From an uncultured Candidatus Saccharibacteria bacterium (GTDB taxonomy: Bacteria; Patescibacteriota; Minisyncoccia; Phycocordibacterales; DATDWN01), in the NCBI GenBank assembly GCA_964428435.1, contig CAYRYA010000002.1, positions 43,687 through 99,984 of the forward strand: a stretch of 56,298 nt of DNA, given 5' to 3'. Under the pieces are notes generated by a model. That model was not told where the DNA came from. It searched no databases and worked only from the letters and a program-made list of their open reading frames with translations. Of the stretch, positions 1-8,394 are shown in pieces (the stretch's first letter is position 1; each line of letters begins with the position of its first letter). The translations under genes and the position numbers were made by a program.

Positions 1-79
1 AGACAAAACGCTTGGCTTGTCTCGGTCCAATTCCTGGAAATTCTCTGAATAATTCAATTAATTTATTTATACTATCCAT
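1..79 (-). CDS. recR: RecR recombination protein, N-terminal fragment (gene continues past the left edge)
   Basis: The reverse complement of 1-79 starts with ATG and reads MDSINKLIELFREFPGIGPRQAKRFV. This matches the RecR N-terminal helix-hairpin-helix signature (LPGIGPK.A.R). It is absent from the ORF track because the window edge truncates it. Confidence 0.6.
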   Translation of the reverse strand, partial: MDSINKLIELFREFPGIGPRQAKRFV

Positions 80-90
80 TATATTAAGAT

Positions 91-132
91 GCGAATATAC
101 GAATTGAATACTTACGAATGGTTACGAATGAA
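91..132. repeat. Intergenic ACGAAT-word repeat, copy 1 (second copy at 9760-9801)
   Basis: gcgaatatacgaattgaatacttacgaatggttacgaatgaa matches 9760-9801 at 35 of 42 positions by hand alignment. It is built from iterations of (A/G)CGAAT. Confidence 0.7.
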
Positions 133-299
133 GAAAAAATTTTATTCATTTTCTCTTACGAACACTACTTAAATGCTTATGACACAGGGCAGATGGATGC
201 AGTTCGAGGTGCGAAGCTTTGTTTCTGACCAAGCTGTACATGTAGTACTGCGCGGGAAGAAACAAAACGAGCAACGAGGAAATACGCCGTATGAACGTG

Positions 300-1670
300 T
301 CAGAAGTCTGCGAACTCTTTGTCTGCACCTTTGTATTCTGCTTTATCGATTGACTGGAATGTTGCTTTTTTGTCATTAAAGAACAAGTCCACTTTTCCGG
401 TCTCTCCGTTTCGGTGCTTTTCAATCAAAATCTCGGCGATGTTGGTGCGCTCTGACTCATCTTTATATTTGTCTTCACGGTGAATAAACATTACCACGTC
501 CGCATCCTGCTCAATAGACCCGGAGTCTCGAAGGTCTGAAAGGCGAGGGCGGCCTCCACGTTGTTCCACTGCACGCGAGAGCTGTGAGAGTGCGAGTACA
601 GGCACTTCGAGCTCACGAGCGAGTTGTTTGAGGGATCGTGAAATTTCTGTTACTTGCTGTACGACGTTGTCAGACTTTGCATTGGTTGGCGCCATAAGCT
701 GAAGGTAGTCCACCATGATCATACCAAGACCATGCTCAGACTTGAGTCGGCGAGCTACTGATCGCATCTTGATGATGTTGTTTGCTGGTTGGTCGTCGAT
801 AAAGATAGGTGCTTTAGAAAGTTTGTCGAGAGATTCGCGAATAGATGCAAAATCTTGTTCCTGTGTGAGTTTACCTGTACGGAGTTTCCATGCATCTACA
901 TTTGCTTGTGCTGCAAGCATACGATCCACGAGCTGCTGCGAGCTCATTTCAAGAGAGAAAATACCTACAGGAATATTGTGCTCCACTGCTGCTTGTCGGG
1001 CAATATCGAGCGCAAGGGAAGTTTTACCCATTGAAGGTCGGGCAGCAAGGATGATAAGGTCTGCTTTTTGAAAACCTGCGAGTTTCATATCGATATCTCT
1101 AAAACCAGTAGGGATTCCACGCATCTCTTCTTTTGAATTATGAAGACGGTCGAGACGTTCCCATGCTTCTGTAAGTTCGTCCTTGAGGGGGACAAATTTG
1201 TGGTGTGTGGATGTGTTTGTAACCTCAAAAAGTTTTTTCTCTGATTGGTCGAGAATCTCTTCGAGCTCACCATCTTCTGCATATCCTAACCCTCCGATAT
1301 GGTCTGACGCTTCGATAAGTCGACGCATTAAATACTTTTTTTGTACAATCTGCGCATAGTAGGTTGCATTTGATGACGAAGGTACAATATTTACAAGTTC
1401 AGCAAGGTATGAGCTACCGCCGACTACTTCGAGTTTATTGGTTTCTTTAAGGCGCGATGAAAGAGAGAGGAGGTCGACTGGCTGGCGTTTGTTGAAAAGC
1501 TCAAGCATCATATCGTATATAGTACGGTGTCGCTCTGAATAAAATGACTCATTTTTAATGAGATCCATAATATCGTACAGAATTTCTGGACGAAGAAGAA
1601 TGGAACCAAGGAGTGCCATTTCTGCATCTATGTTTTGTGGTGGTATGCGGAGTCCGCGAATATCTGCCAT
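300..1670 (-). CDS. dnaB: Replicative DNA helicase DnaB
   Basis: 456 aa. It has the N-terminal DnaB signature PPQNIDAEMALLGSIL, the Walker A motif ARPSMGKTS and a RecA-like C-terminal domain (IMVDYLQLM, SQLSR). Confidence 0.95.
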   Translation of the reverse strand: MADIRGLRIPPQNIDAEMALLGSILLRPEILYDIMDLIKNESFYSERHRTIYDMMLELFNKRQPVDLLSLSSRLKETNKLEVVGGSSYLAELVNIVPSSSNATYYAQIVQKKYLMRRLIEASDHIGGLGYAEDGELEEILDQSEKKLFEVTNTSTHHKFVPLKDELTEAWERLDRLHNSKEEMRGIPTGFRDIDMKLAGFQKADLIILAARPSMGKTSLALDIARQAAVEHNIPVGIFSLEMSSQQLVDRMLAAQANVDAWKLRTGKLTQEQDFASIRESLDKLSKAPIFIDDQPANNIIKMRSVARRLKSEHGLGMIMVDYLQLMAPTNAKSDNVVQQVTEISRSLKQLARELEVPVLALSQLSRAVEQRGGRPRLSDLRDSGSIEQDADVVMFIHREDKYKDESERTNIAEILIEKHRNGETGKVDLFFNDKKATFQSIDKAEYKGADKEFADF

Positions 1671-1852
1671 GAGGATATTGTATCACTCACGATAGAATGG
1701 CGACTACTTGAAAAAAGTTTATATTCTGTTGAAAAGGTGGGGAAAAAATAAGTTGACTTTTAGATTTACAAAATATATCAAAAAGGGCGCTGCAATACAG
1801 GTGTTGCGGCGCCCCCAGGTCTCTTTCCGATATTTCAATTTACTTGGCAATA

Positions 1853-3241
1853 CTATCGTTTCTCCACTTTCGTTCCTTCAGGAGTATCGAGTACTTCAAA
1901 ACCAAAGTTTTCAATTTGGGTCCGGAGAGAGTCAGAGAGCGCAAAATCTTTGTTTTCTCGAGCAGTGTTACGTGCAAGAATAAGCTCTTGAACTTCGAGA
2001 GGAATTTCTATCTCAGTATACGCATGAAGGTTCAATCCAAGTACCATATCAAAAGAAAGAATAAGTGCTTTTTTGTCGTGTATATGTATCTTTGGATTTT
2101 TAACAATGTCCCATATGAGCGCGATAGCTTTTGGTGTATCGAGATCCGTGTTGATGTATTGAGTAAACAATTCTCGCTCAGGGAATAAATGGTCTTGGGT
2201 ATTCAAAGGTTGATTATCAGAATACTCGTGAATATAGCGGCGGAGTCGTTTTAATGCAGTGTGTGCACTTGATAATGCATCCCAACTGAATTCCATTGGA
2301 GAAGAATAATGTGAGGTAAGGAGGAGGTAGCGGTAGGCAAGTGGATCAACTCCTTTTTCAATCAATGTTGAAACTTTAATAAAATTGTCTCCAGACTTTG
2401 CCATCTTGTCTCCTGAAGTATTTAAAAATGCATTATGCATCCAGTAGTGTACAAACGGATGCCCCGAACATACTGACTGAGCGATTTCATTGTTGTGGTG
2501 TACGGGGATGTGATCGATACCACCGGTGTGAATATCAAATTCATCCCCAAGGTATTTGATCGACATTGCTGAACACTCTATGTGCCAACCAGGGAAGCCT
2601 ACTCCCCATGGACTCTCCCATTCTTGTTGTCTTTTCTCACCAGATGGAGAAAATTTCCAGAGCGCAAAGTCGGTCAGATTTCTCTTTTCATTGTTTTCGC
2701 CAATACGTGCACCTTCTTCGAGACCAGCAAGATTGATGTGTCCAAGTTTTCCGTAATCAGGAAATTTTGATGTATCAAAATACACACCGTCTGAGGTTTG
2801 ATACGTAAACCCTTTTGCTTCAAGATCTTGGATCATTGCTATCTGTTCAGGGATATGTTCAGTTGCTTTTGGAAAAGTGATATGTGCAGGATTGATCCCC
2901 AGTGCCTCAAGATCTTTCATAAATGCGTCAGTATAAAAGAGAGTAACTTCAGATGCAGTCATACCTTGAGTGCGAGCCATCTTTTCTACTTTATCTTCAC
3001 CTACATCACCATCACTGGTCAGATGACCTACATCAGTAATGTTCATGATTTGTTTGACAGCGTATCCATTCCATTCAAACATCCGTCTGAGTAGGTCTGC
3101 AAACACAAAACTCCGCATATTTCCTATGTGCGCATAGTTGTAGACGGTCGGTCCACAGTTGTACATCGAAACAAAACCTTTGCGTATCGGGACAAATAAC
3201 TCATCTTTATTAGTGTATGTGTTGTGAAGATAGATATCCAT
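1853..3241 (-). CDS. cysS: Cysteine--tRNA ligase
   Basis: 462 aa. It carries the class I HIGH motif (HIGNMRS), the KMSKS variant KMAKS, and typical CysRS blocks (GWHIECS). Confidence 0.95.
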   Translation of the reverse strand: MDIYLHNTYTNKDELFVPIRKGFVSMYNCGPTVYNYAHIGNMRSFVFADLLRRMFEWNGYAVKQIMNITDVGHLTSDGDVGEDKVEKMARTQGMTASEVTLFYTDAFMKDLEALGINPAHITFPKATEHIPEQIAMIQDLEAKGFTYQTSDGVYFDTSKFPDYGKLGHINLAGLEEGARIGENNEKRNLTDFALWKFSPSGEKRQQEWESPWGVGFPGWHIECSAMSIKYLGDEFDIHTGGIDHIPVHHNNEIAQSVCSGHPFVHYWMHNAFLNTSGDKMAKSGDNFIKVSTLIEKGVDPLAYRYLLLTSHYSSPMEFSWDALSSAHTALKRLRRYIHEYSDNQPLNTQDHLFPERELFTQYINTDLDTPKAIALIWDIVKNPKIHIHDKKALILSFDMVLGLNLHAYTEIEIPLEVQELILARNTARENKDFALSDSLRTQIENFGFEVLDTPEGTKVEKR

Positions 3242-3247
3242 AAAATC

Positions 3248-4153
3248 TTAAAGCCATTTCTTGTGTTTTGCCACAGTATAAAATAAAAATGAAAGAAAAC
3301 ACATAAGGCCAAACATCATATAAAAACCAAAAGGATGTTCAACAAGAGGTCTTCCTCCAAGATCCATTGTAAAGAGTGCAGAAAGAAGCATAAACGGAAA
3401 ACTAATCATAGTCACCACAGTAAGTGTTTTGATTGTCTCATTTTGTTTTGTAGAGAGGAGGGAGTTGTTGGTTTCTCGAAGTTCTCTGAGTATTTCAATA
3501 TTGGCATGAATAGTATCTCGAATACGATGATATTCAAGCAAGATGGCTTCAATCTCTTCTGCAAATTCCTTGCCGAGGATATGACTACTGCCATCTTTAA
3601 GAAAATCAAGAATCTCTTTGTGTGAGTCAGTTGTTTTCTTGAATTCAAGGAGAGTACGGATCGCTTCAGAGATTTCAAATACCATTTCTTTTTCATTTCC
3701 ATCAAATATTTCTTCAGTGATACTTTCACTCCACGATTCAATATACGCAAGTTCATCGCCGATAGCAGCGTATAGTTCACGGAATAGTACACCAAAGACA
3801 TGTTGACCATCATGTGGTTTTGCCAGTATCTCTTCTACCTCAATTTGTTTAGAGAGTTTGTGGAGTGCATCGATGGTGTTGTAGTGGGTGGTGATCAGAA
3901 AATCTTTTCCAATAACAAAATCAATTTCTTGTTTGAGCTCGGTGCCTCGTGTGTGTTTAAAAACGGGAAAATGAAGAATAAGATAGATGTATTCTTTGTG
4001 GAATTCAATACGTGATTTTGGGGTAGGTGAACTGATTTCCTTTGCAACGTATGGGTCAAGGTCGTATTCACGAACAATATTCCCAAATTCTTCTGGTGTA
4101 CCGTGGTCAATATCAACCCATGTCTCTTTTCCCCATATGTGTTTTTGTATCAT
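3248..4153 (-). CDS. CorA-family divalent cation transporter-like protein with a non-canonical pore motif
   Basis: 301 aa. A soluble N-terminal domain is followed by two C-terminal TM helices and a KKWL-type tail, as in CorA. FTMD occupies the position of the canonical YGMN motif. Confidence 0.75.
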   Translation of the reverse strand: MIQKHIWGKETWVDIDHGTPEEFGNIVREYDLDPYVAKEISSPTPKSRIEFHKEYIYLILHFPVFKHTRGTELKQEIDFVIGKDFLITTHYNTIDALHKLSKQIEVEEILAKPHDGQHVFGVLFRELYAAIGDELAYIESWSESITEEIFDGNEKEMVFEISEAIRTLLEFKKTTDSHKEILDFLKDGSSHILGKEFAEEIEAILLEYHRIRDTIHANIEILRELRETNNSLLSTKQNETIKTLTVVTMISFPFMLLSALFTMDLGGRPLVEHPFGFYMMFGLMCFLSFLFYTVAKHKKWL

Positions 4154-4245
4154 ATGATTAAGTATACCAAGACATTATATTCATTAAAAGGTTTTCAACA
4201 TTGATATTCGCCAAAAGGTAAACGACTGTGTCATAATAGAAAACA

Positions 4246-5466
4246 ATGAAAGAAAAACTTTTTGGACATTGGCGAGTTATTAGTGTAGCTGTTTTTATTT
4301 TTATTATTACTTTTTTCTTGGGATTTAAAACAGGTGAATACAAAGTATCTCAAGTAGCTCTCGTATCAGGTGTTGATCATAAGAGTGGACCTAAAAATGT
4401 TGACTTTGAAGCATTTTGGAAAGCATGGAATGTTATCAATGAAAAATACGTACCAACTACATCAAGTACAACTCCAACAAATCAAGAAAAAGTCTGGGGA
4501 GCAATCCAAGGCCTTGCCGCATCAACAGGTGACCCATACACCGTCTTTTTTCCTCCAGTAGAAGCAAAAGCATTTGAAGAACAGATCAGTGGCTCATTTG
4601 AAGGGGTAGGTATGGAAGTAGATATAAAAGATGGTGTACTTACGGTTATTGCACCACTCAAAGACACTCCAGCATACAAAGCAGGTATAAAAGCAGGGGA
4701 CAAGATTATCGGTATCGACAAGAAAACAACACAAGGTCTTGATACTGGAGAGGCGATCAAACGGATCAAAGGTCCAAAAGGAAGTACGGTTTTGTTCACG
4801 ATTGTGCGCGGAGGAAGTAGTGAGCCGATTGAAATCTCAGTGGTACGTGATGTGATTGTTGTACCTGCAATGAAGATAGAGATTATTGATGATGTATTCG
4901 CTATTCACATGTATTCATTTTCTGCACAATCAGCAGATGAATTTAGAAAGGCACTTCGTCAGTTTGTAGAATCAGGTAAGCATAAACTTATTCTTGATCT
5001 TCGAGGAAACCCTGGCGGATATCTCGAGGCAGCGGTAGATATGGCAAGTTGGTTTTTGCCATCAGGTAAACTTATTGTTGCGGAACAGTCAAAAAATCTC
5101 ACGTTCTCTCAGGAATATAGAAGTCGAGGGTATAATATTTTCAATGATAAACTCAAGTTTGCTATCCTGATCGATGGAGGTTCTGCATCAGCGTCAGAAA
5201 TTTTGGCAGGAGCACTTTCTGAACATGGTAAAGCTTTTCTTGTTGGAAAGAAAACATATGGTAAAGGTTCAGTACAAGAGCTTGTAGAAATTACACCAGA
5301 AACATCACTCAAAGTAACTATTGCAAAATGGCTTACTCCAAATGGTCACTCAATCTCTAAAGCAGGTATTGATCCCCAGATTGATATTGATTTGGATGTG
5401 GAAAAATTTAGAACAACAGGGGAAGATACTCAGCTGAAGCGTGCCATTGAAGAACTTGACAAGTAA
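4246..5466 (+). CDS. ctpA: Carboxy-terminal processing protease (S41) with PDZ domain
   Basis: 406 aa. It has an N-terminal TM helix, a PDZ block (GDKIIGIDKK), the catalytic-Ser block GGSASASEI and the Lys block TYGKGSVQ. Confidence 0.9.
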   Translation: MKEKLFGHWRVISVAVFIFIITFFLGFKTGEYKVSQVALVSGVDHKSGPKNVDFEAFWKAWNVINEKYVPTTSSTTPTNQEKVWGAIQGLAASTGDPYTVFFPPVEAKAFEEQISGSFEGVGMEVDIKDGVLTVIAPLKDTPAYKAGIKAGDKIIGIDKKTTQGLDTGEAIKRIKGPKGSTVLFTIVRGGSSEPIEISVVRDVIVVPAMKIEIIDDVFAIHMYSFSAQSADEFRKALRQFVESGKHKLILDLRGNPGGYLEAAVDMASWFLPSGKLIVAEQSKNLTFSQEYRSRGYNIFNDKLKFAILIDGGSASASEILAGALSEHGKAFLVGKKTYGKGSVQELVEITPETSLKVTIAKWLTPNGHSISKAGIDPQIDIDLDVEKFRTTGEDTQLKRAIEELDK

Positions 5467-5504
5467 GAGCGTTGCTCGGTAAGCTCTGAAACAGGAGGAT
5501 TGGT

Positions 5505-5648
5505 ATGACAGCGTACTGGTGTTTTTTTCTGGTGGTAACAGTGATCTGGGCAGTGATTATTCAGGACTGCGTGTGGACCAGAGTGAGTTATATCGAGAAT
5601 TTGTTTGTGTTCTGTTTCCGCTTCGTAAAAGCCCATCTAAGAACATAA
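5505..5648 (+). CDS. Small hydrophobic protein (47 aa), unannotated short ORF
   Basis: A strong SD (acAGGAGGattggtATG) precedes MTAYWCFFLVVTVIWAVIIQDCVWTRVSYIENLFVFCFRFVKAHLRT. The stop codon lies in the loop of an intrinsic terminator. It is too short for the ORF track. Confidence 0.4.
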   Translation: MTAYWCFFLVVTVIWAVIIQDCVWTRVSYIENLFVFCFRFVKAHLRT

Positions 5649-5671
5649 GATGGGCTTTTAGCTTGTTTTTT
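5627..5671 (+). terminator. Intrinsic terminator
   Basis: A 12-bp stem (aaaagcccatct / agatgggctttt) with a 9-nt loop is followed by a T-rich tail (tagcttgtttttt). Confidence 0.7.
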
Positions 5672-5717
5672 AAAATGAAGAGGTGTGATATAGTAGAAAA
5701 ATACTAAGAAAAAATAT

Positions 5718-6164
5718 ATGAAAATAATATTACTGAAAGATGTTGCCAAAGTCGGCAAAAAACACGAAATTAAAAATATTGCAGATGGACATGCGCAGAA
5801 CTTTATTATTCCTCGAGGACTTGGTATTCCTGCAACAGATGCAAATGTTAAAAAAATAGAAGCACTTAAAAATGCATCAGATGCTGATAGACAAGTACAA
5901 GAAGCACTTCTCGCAAAGAATCTTGAAACAATTTCTTCAGTAACTATTTCTGTATCTGGTAAAGCCAATGAAAAAGGACACCTCTTTGCAGGTATCCATA
6001 AAGATGAGATCGTAGAAGCGGTAAAAAAACAAGTGAACATAACAATTCATCCTGATTTTATTATGCTCGATAAGCCACTCAAAGAAACTGGTGAACATAT
6101 GGTACTTATTGAAGCAGGTGGTAAAAAAGCAAACTTGAAACTTGTAATTGAAGGAGTGAAATAA
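5718..6164 (+). CDS. rplI: 50S ribosomal protein L9
   Basis: 148 aa. The N-terminus [36 protein letters not shown] is the classic L9 signature. Confidence 0.95.
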   Translation: MKIILLKDVAKVGKKHEIKNIADGHAQNFIIPRGLGIPATDANVKKIEALKNASDADRQVQEALLAKNLETISSVTISVSGKANEKGHLFAGIHKDEIVEAVKKQVNITIHPDFIMLDKPLKETGEHMVLIEAGGKKANLKLVIEGVK

Positions 6165-6211
6165 TTATGTACACATCAAAGATGCGCTTTGATGTGTAAA
6201 ATTAGATAAAA

Positions 6212-6736
6212 ATGGAATATTTATATCATCGTGTGCCCAAGCATATGACCGGTACGGTTCTGTATCCATTGAATACTTTAAAAGAAACTCATCCTGAAAT
6301 TTACGTTGAGTATATTAAAAAGTATACAGGGAGGGAGATGCTTCTCACTGCGGAGGTTCCACCTCTGAACTGTCTCTGGAATGATGTTATTCATTTGACT
6401 GCTGTTTCGCCATATGAACTTAAAGCAAATCTAGCTCAAGCTGAATTAGAATATCCACCGCAAGCGTGGTTTAAAATCCCCGTATCAAAAATAAAACAAG
6501 ATAAAAGTATTGCATTTGTATACAGGAGAGATATAGGACTAAAACCAGAGTTTAAACAGTATGAAAAGTTTGATCCTGCACGGATGGATGTGTATCGCAC
6601 AGTGCCTCCCGAGACAATTGAACAATACAAGCGAAAAAAAGCAGAAGGGTTGACTCCACTGATGTTTTCATTGGTGGCGCATATTTTGTATAAAGGGGAG
6701 ATTGATATTGCAGATTGTGAAGTTGTGGTTGTTTGA
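6212..6736 (+). CDS. Hypothetical protein (174 aa)
   Basis: A long ORF with coding-like composition and no motif I can assign. Confidence 0.6.
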   Translation: MEYLYHRVPKHMTGTVLYPLNTLKETHPEIYVEYIKKYTGREMLLTAEVPPLNCLWNDVIHLTAVSPYELKANLAQAELEYPPQAWFKIPVSKIKQDKSIAFVYRRDIGLKPEFKQYEKFDPARMDVYRTVPPETIEQYKRKKAEGLTPLMFSLVAHILYKGEIDIADCEVVVV

Positions 6737-6782
6737 CAAATCATATTTTCAGTGTATGTTTATTTTTAGGAGATTAACATAA

Positions 6783-7049
6783 ATGGCGCTTGCAAAAGAT
6801 TGCTTTTTTCAAGAAGAACTCACTGAACAGCAGCAGCAGGCTGTGAAGGAAGTTGAACAGATGATTGATGATCATCTGGCTAAAACGTATAAAGGTGAGC
6901 AGGTGGAGGTGCGAGTTCGGCAATGGGAATTATCTAAAGAAGATCAGCGGTGCAAAGTTGAAATCTTGCGTCGGTATACCGCTGCTGGGTGGAGATTTAG
7001 CTGGTATGAGGATTCGAGGGACGGTGATCTTCATGCTATCTTGAGTTAG
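6783..7049 (+). CDS. Hypothetical protein (88 aa)
   Basis: An ORF with an ATG start, followed by a 13-bp-stem terminator at 7062-7098. GC looks higher than in the neighbouring genes. Confidence 0.5.
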   Translation: MALAKDCFFQEELTEQQQQAVKEVEQMIDDHLAKTYKGEQVEVRVRQWELSKEDQRCKVEILRRYTAAGWRFSWYEDSRDGDLHAILS

Positions 7050-7061
7050 AAACATCGATAA

Positions 7062-7098
7062 CTTCCGTAGATCCTTTAAAGGGTCTACGGGAGTTTTC
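7062..7098 (+). terminator. Intrinsic terminator
   Basis: The hairpin cttccgtagatcc-tttaaa-gggtctacgggag has 13 pairs, including G-U pairs, and is followed by tttt. Confidence 0.65.
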
Positions 7099-7104
7099 TA
7101 TATG

Positions 7105-7135
7105 AAAACACCTCACATTTCTGTGAGGTGTTTTT
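7105..7135 (-). terminator. Intrinsic terminator of rpmA
   Basis: The palindrome aaaacacctcac-atttct-gtgaggtgtttt lies just downstream of the rpmA stop on the minus strand and has A/T runs on both sides. Confidence 0.65.
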
Positions 7136-7145
7136 GTTGAAGTTA

Positions 7146-7418
7146 TTAGATTACGTGAACGATTTTCTTTACTACGATACTGTCATCGAAGTGAGTTTTT
7201 CGTTTTGTACCGAAAGATACAGTACCATCCTTGAGTGCAAAGAGAGTATGGTCTTTACCCATTCCTACATTTTTACCAGGCAAAACATCTGTCCCACGCT
7301 GTCGGATGATGATAGAACCTGTTTGTGCTGATTGGCCTTCAGTCAACTTTACTCCGAGATACTTTGGATTCGAATCTCGGCCGTTTTTAGTTGAACCTCC
7401 GGCCTTTTTGGTTGCCAT
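7146..7418 (-). CDS. rpmA: 50S ribosomal protein L27
   Basis: 90 aa. [24 protein letters not shown]...IIIRQRGT is the canonical L27 signature. Confidence 0.95.
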   Translation of the reverse strand: MATKKAGGSTKNGRDSNPKYLGVKLTEGQSAQTGSIIIRQRGTDVLPGKNVGMGKDHTLFALKDGTVSFGTKRKTHFDDSIVVKKIVHVI

Positions 7419-7480
7419 AGTGTTTTAGTGTGATTTCTCTGATAAAATATTGGGGTCTACTAAGAATTTAATGCCTTGAA

Positions 7481-7580
7481 AAAATTTTCAAATTTCGAGC
7501 GAAAATTATGAAGTCCGACGAAGCATATCGAGATACGCTGAGGAGGAATGAGTAATTTACAGCCGAAATTTGGAAATTTT
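7481..7580. repeat. Roughly 100-nt imperfect intergenic palindrome (relative at 47239-47358)
   Basis: The outer arms are aaaattttcaaatttcg (7481-7497) and cgaaatttggaaatttt (7564-7580). They are reverse-complementary apart from one T/C difference. Confidence 0.6.
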
Positions 7581-7641
7581 AGCAGGCAAGCTGTTTCTTG
7601 TGTGCTATAATTAAGCGGTTAAATTCTTATGTAGACCCGCA

Positions 7642-8007
7642 ATGCCTAGTATAAAAGACTTTGCCTTAAAAATCAAGCCCTTTTTTACACTCCTTGCGTT
7701 TATCCTCGGAGGACTCCTCTTTTTTGGCCTGGGAAGGCTTTCGGCACTGCAAAAAGACCATTCTCCCGTATCTATAATAAAAAGCCAGGTTTCAGCACCA
7801 GAGACTATAGAAGTGCCATCTGTAGCAACTATAGAGCCAGCCTCAAGCGGGGAAGTGATAGGGTCTAAAAATGGCACAAAATATTACCTGCCGTGGTGTG
7901 GAGCACTGAGCCGTATTAAACCTGAAAATAGGGTAGTCTTTGCCTCTGCGGCACTGGCTCGTGAAAAAGGGTATACTCCGGCGGCGAATTGTAAGGGAAC
8001 GAAATGA
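7642..8007 (+). CDS. Membrane-anchored protein with a C-terminal Ada-like / sunset-type Cys motif
   Basis: 121 aa. An N-terminal TM helix (FFTLLAFILGGLLFFGLG) is followed by the C-terminal motif YYLPWC...FASAALAREKGYTPAANC. Confidence 0.6.
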   Translation: MPSIKDFALKIKPFFTLLAFILGGLLFFGLGRLSALQKDHSPVSIIKSQVSAPETIEVPSVATIEPASSGEVIGSKNGTKYYLPWCGALSRIKPENRVVFASAALAREKGYTPAANCKGTK

Positions 8008-8016
8008 GTGGAAGAA

Positions 8017-8046
8017 GGATTAAAGATTAAGGATTAAAGAATAGGA
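8017..8046. repeat. GGATTAAAGATTAAGG repeat, left arm (copy A)
   Basis: ggattaaagattaaggattaaagaatagga matches 24855-24884 at 27 of 30 positions. Its first 14 nt are perfectly complementary to 8405-8418. Confidence 0.75.
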
Positions 8047-8076
8047 AAAAAGCCGGCGATTGTCTCGCCGGCCTTT
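8046..8076 (-). terminator. Intrinsic terminator (mainly for the minus-strand small gene; possibly bidirectional)
   Basis: An 8-bp GC stem (gccggcga / tcgccggc) with loop ttgtc. On the minus strand a T6 run follows it. Confidence 0.7.
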
Positions 8077-8112
8077 GAGAGTCTATTTGTAGTTTATACT
8101 CCAGTTTGAGTC

Positions 8113-8334
8113 CTATAAGAAGAGGTGGTTGAGGGCGGCATGCGCATCGGCAAACAAAACCCCTTCTTCAAGAGTTACAACCACCCTGTCTTTTTCAAAC
8201 TGTCCATCAACAGGCCCTATCCATCCATCTCTCAGTAGGATGGATTCTACAGCCTCTGATGTTCCAGTGGTGTATGCCTCAGTCTGGTTTGGGTTGTTCC
8301 TGTTAGTGAGAATAATACGCGTGATGTGATCCAT
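8113..8334 (-). CDS. Hypothetical small protein (73 aa)
   Basis: A GGAGGA SD sits 3 nt upstream of the ATG and the gene has its own terminator. It lies between inverted repeat arms at 8017-8046 and 8395-8418. Confidence 0.55.
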   Translation of the reverse strand: MDHITRIILTNRNNPNQTEAYTTGTSEAVESILLRDGWIGPVDGQFEKDRVVVTLEEGVLFADAHAALNHLFL

Positions 8335-8394
8335 TGATCCTCCATGTGGAATACTAACTATAAATTCATGGGCTAGTCAAGTATTTTACTTCAA

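Noticed and set aside
3412-3813. 133-aa minus-strand ORF in another frame within the CorA-like gene.
   Set aside because: It is an alternative frame of a well-supported longer CDS on the same strand, and its translation is low-complexity.
5588-6040. 150-aa minus-strand ORF.
   Set aside because: It is antisense to rplI and to the small-ORF/terminator region. Its translation is low-complexity (Phe/Ser/Cys-rich). rplI is unambiguous on the plus strand.
7366-7380. tRNA T-arm-like string ggattcgaatctcgg.
   Set aside because: It lies inside the rpmA coding sequence on the antisense strand, and no acceptor, D or anticodon arms can be drawn around it. I found no convincing tRNA anywhere in the window.
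7642-8007. Alternative genetic code 25 (UGA=Gly), as in Gracilibacteria/SR1.
   Set aside because: TGA ends well-delimited ORFs, for example at 8005-8007. Conserved proteins such as DnaB, the aaRSs, MraY and MurG read through without internal TGA, and Trp is encoded by TGG.
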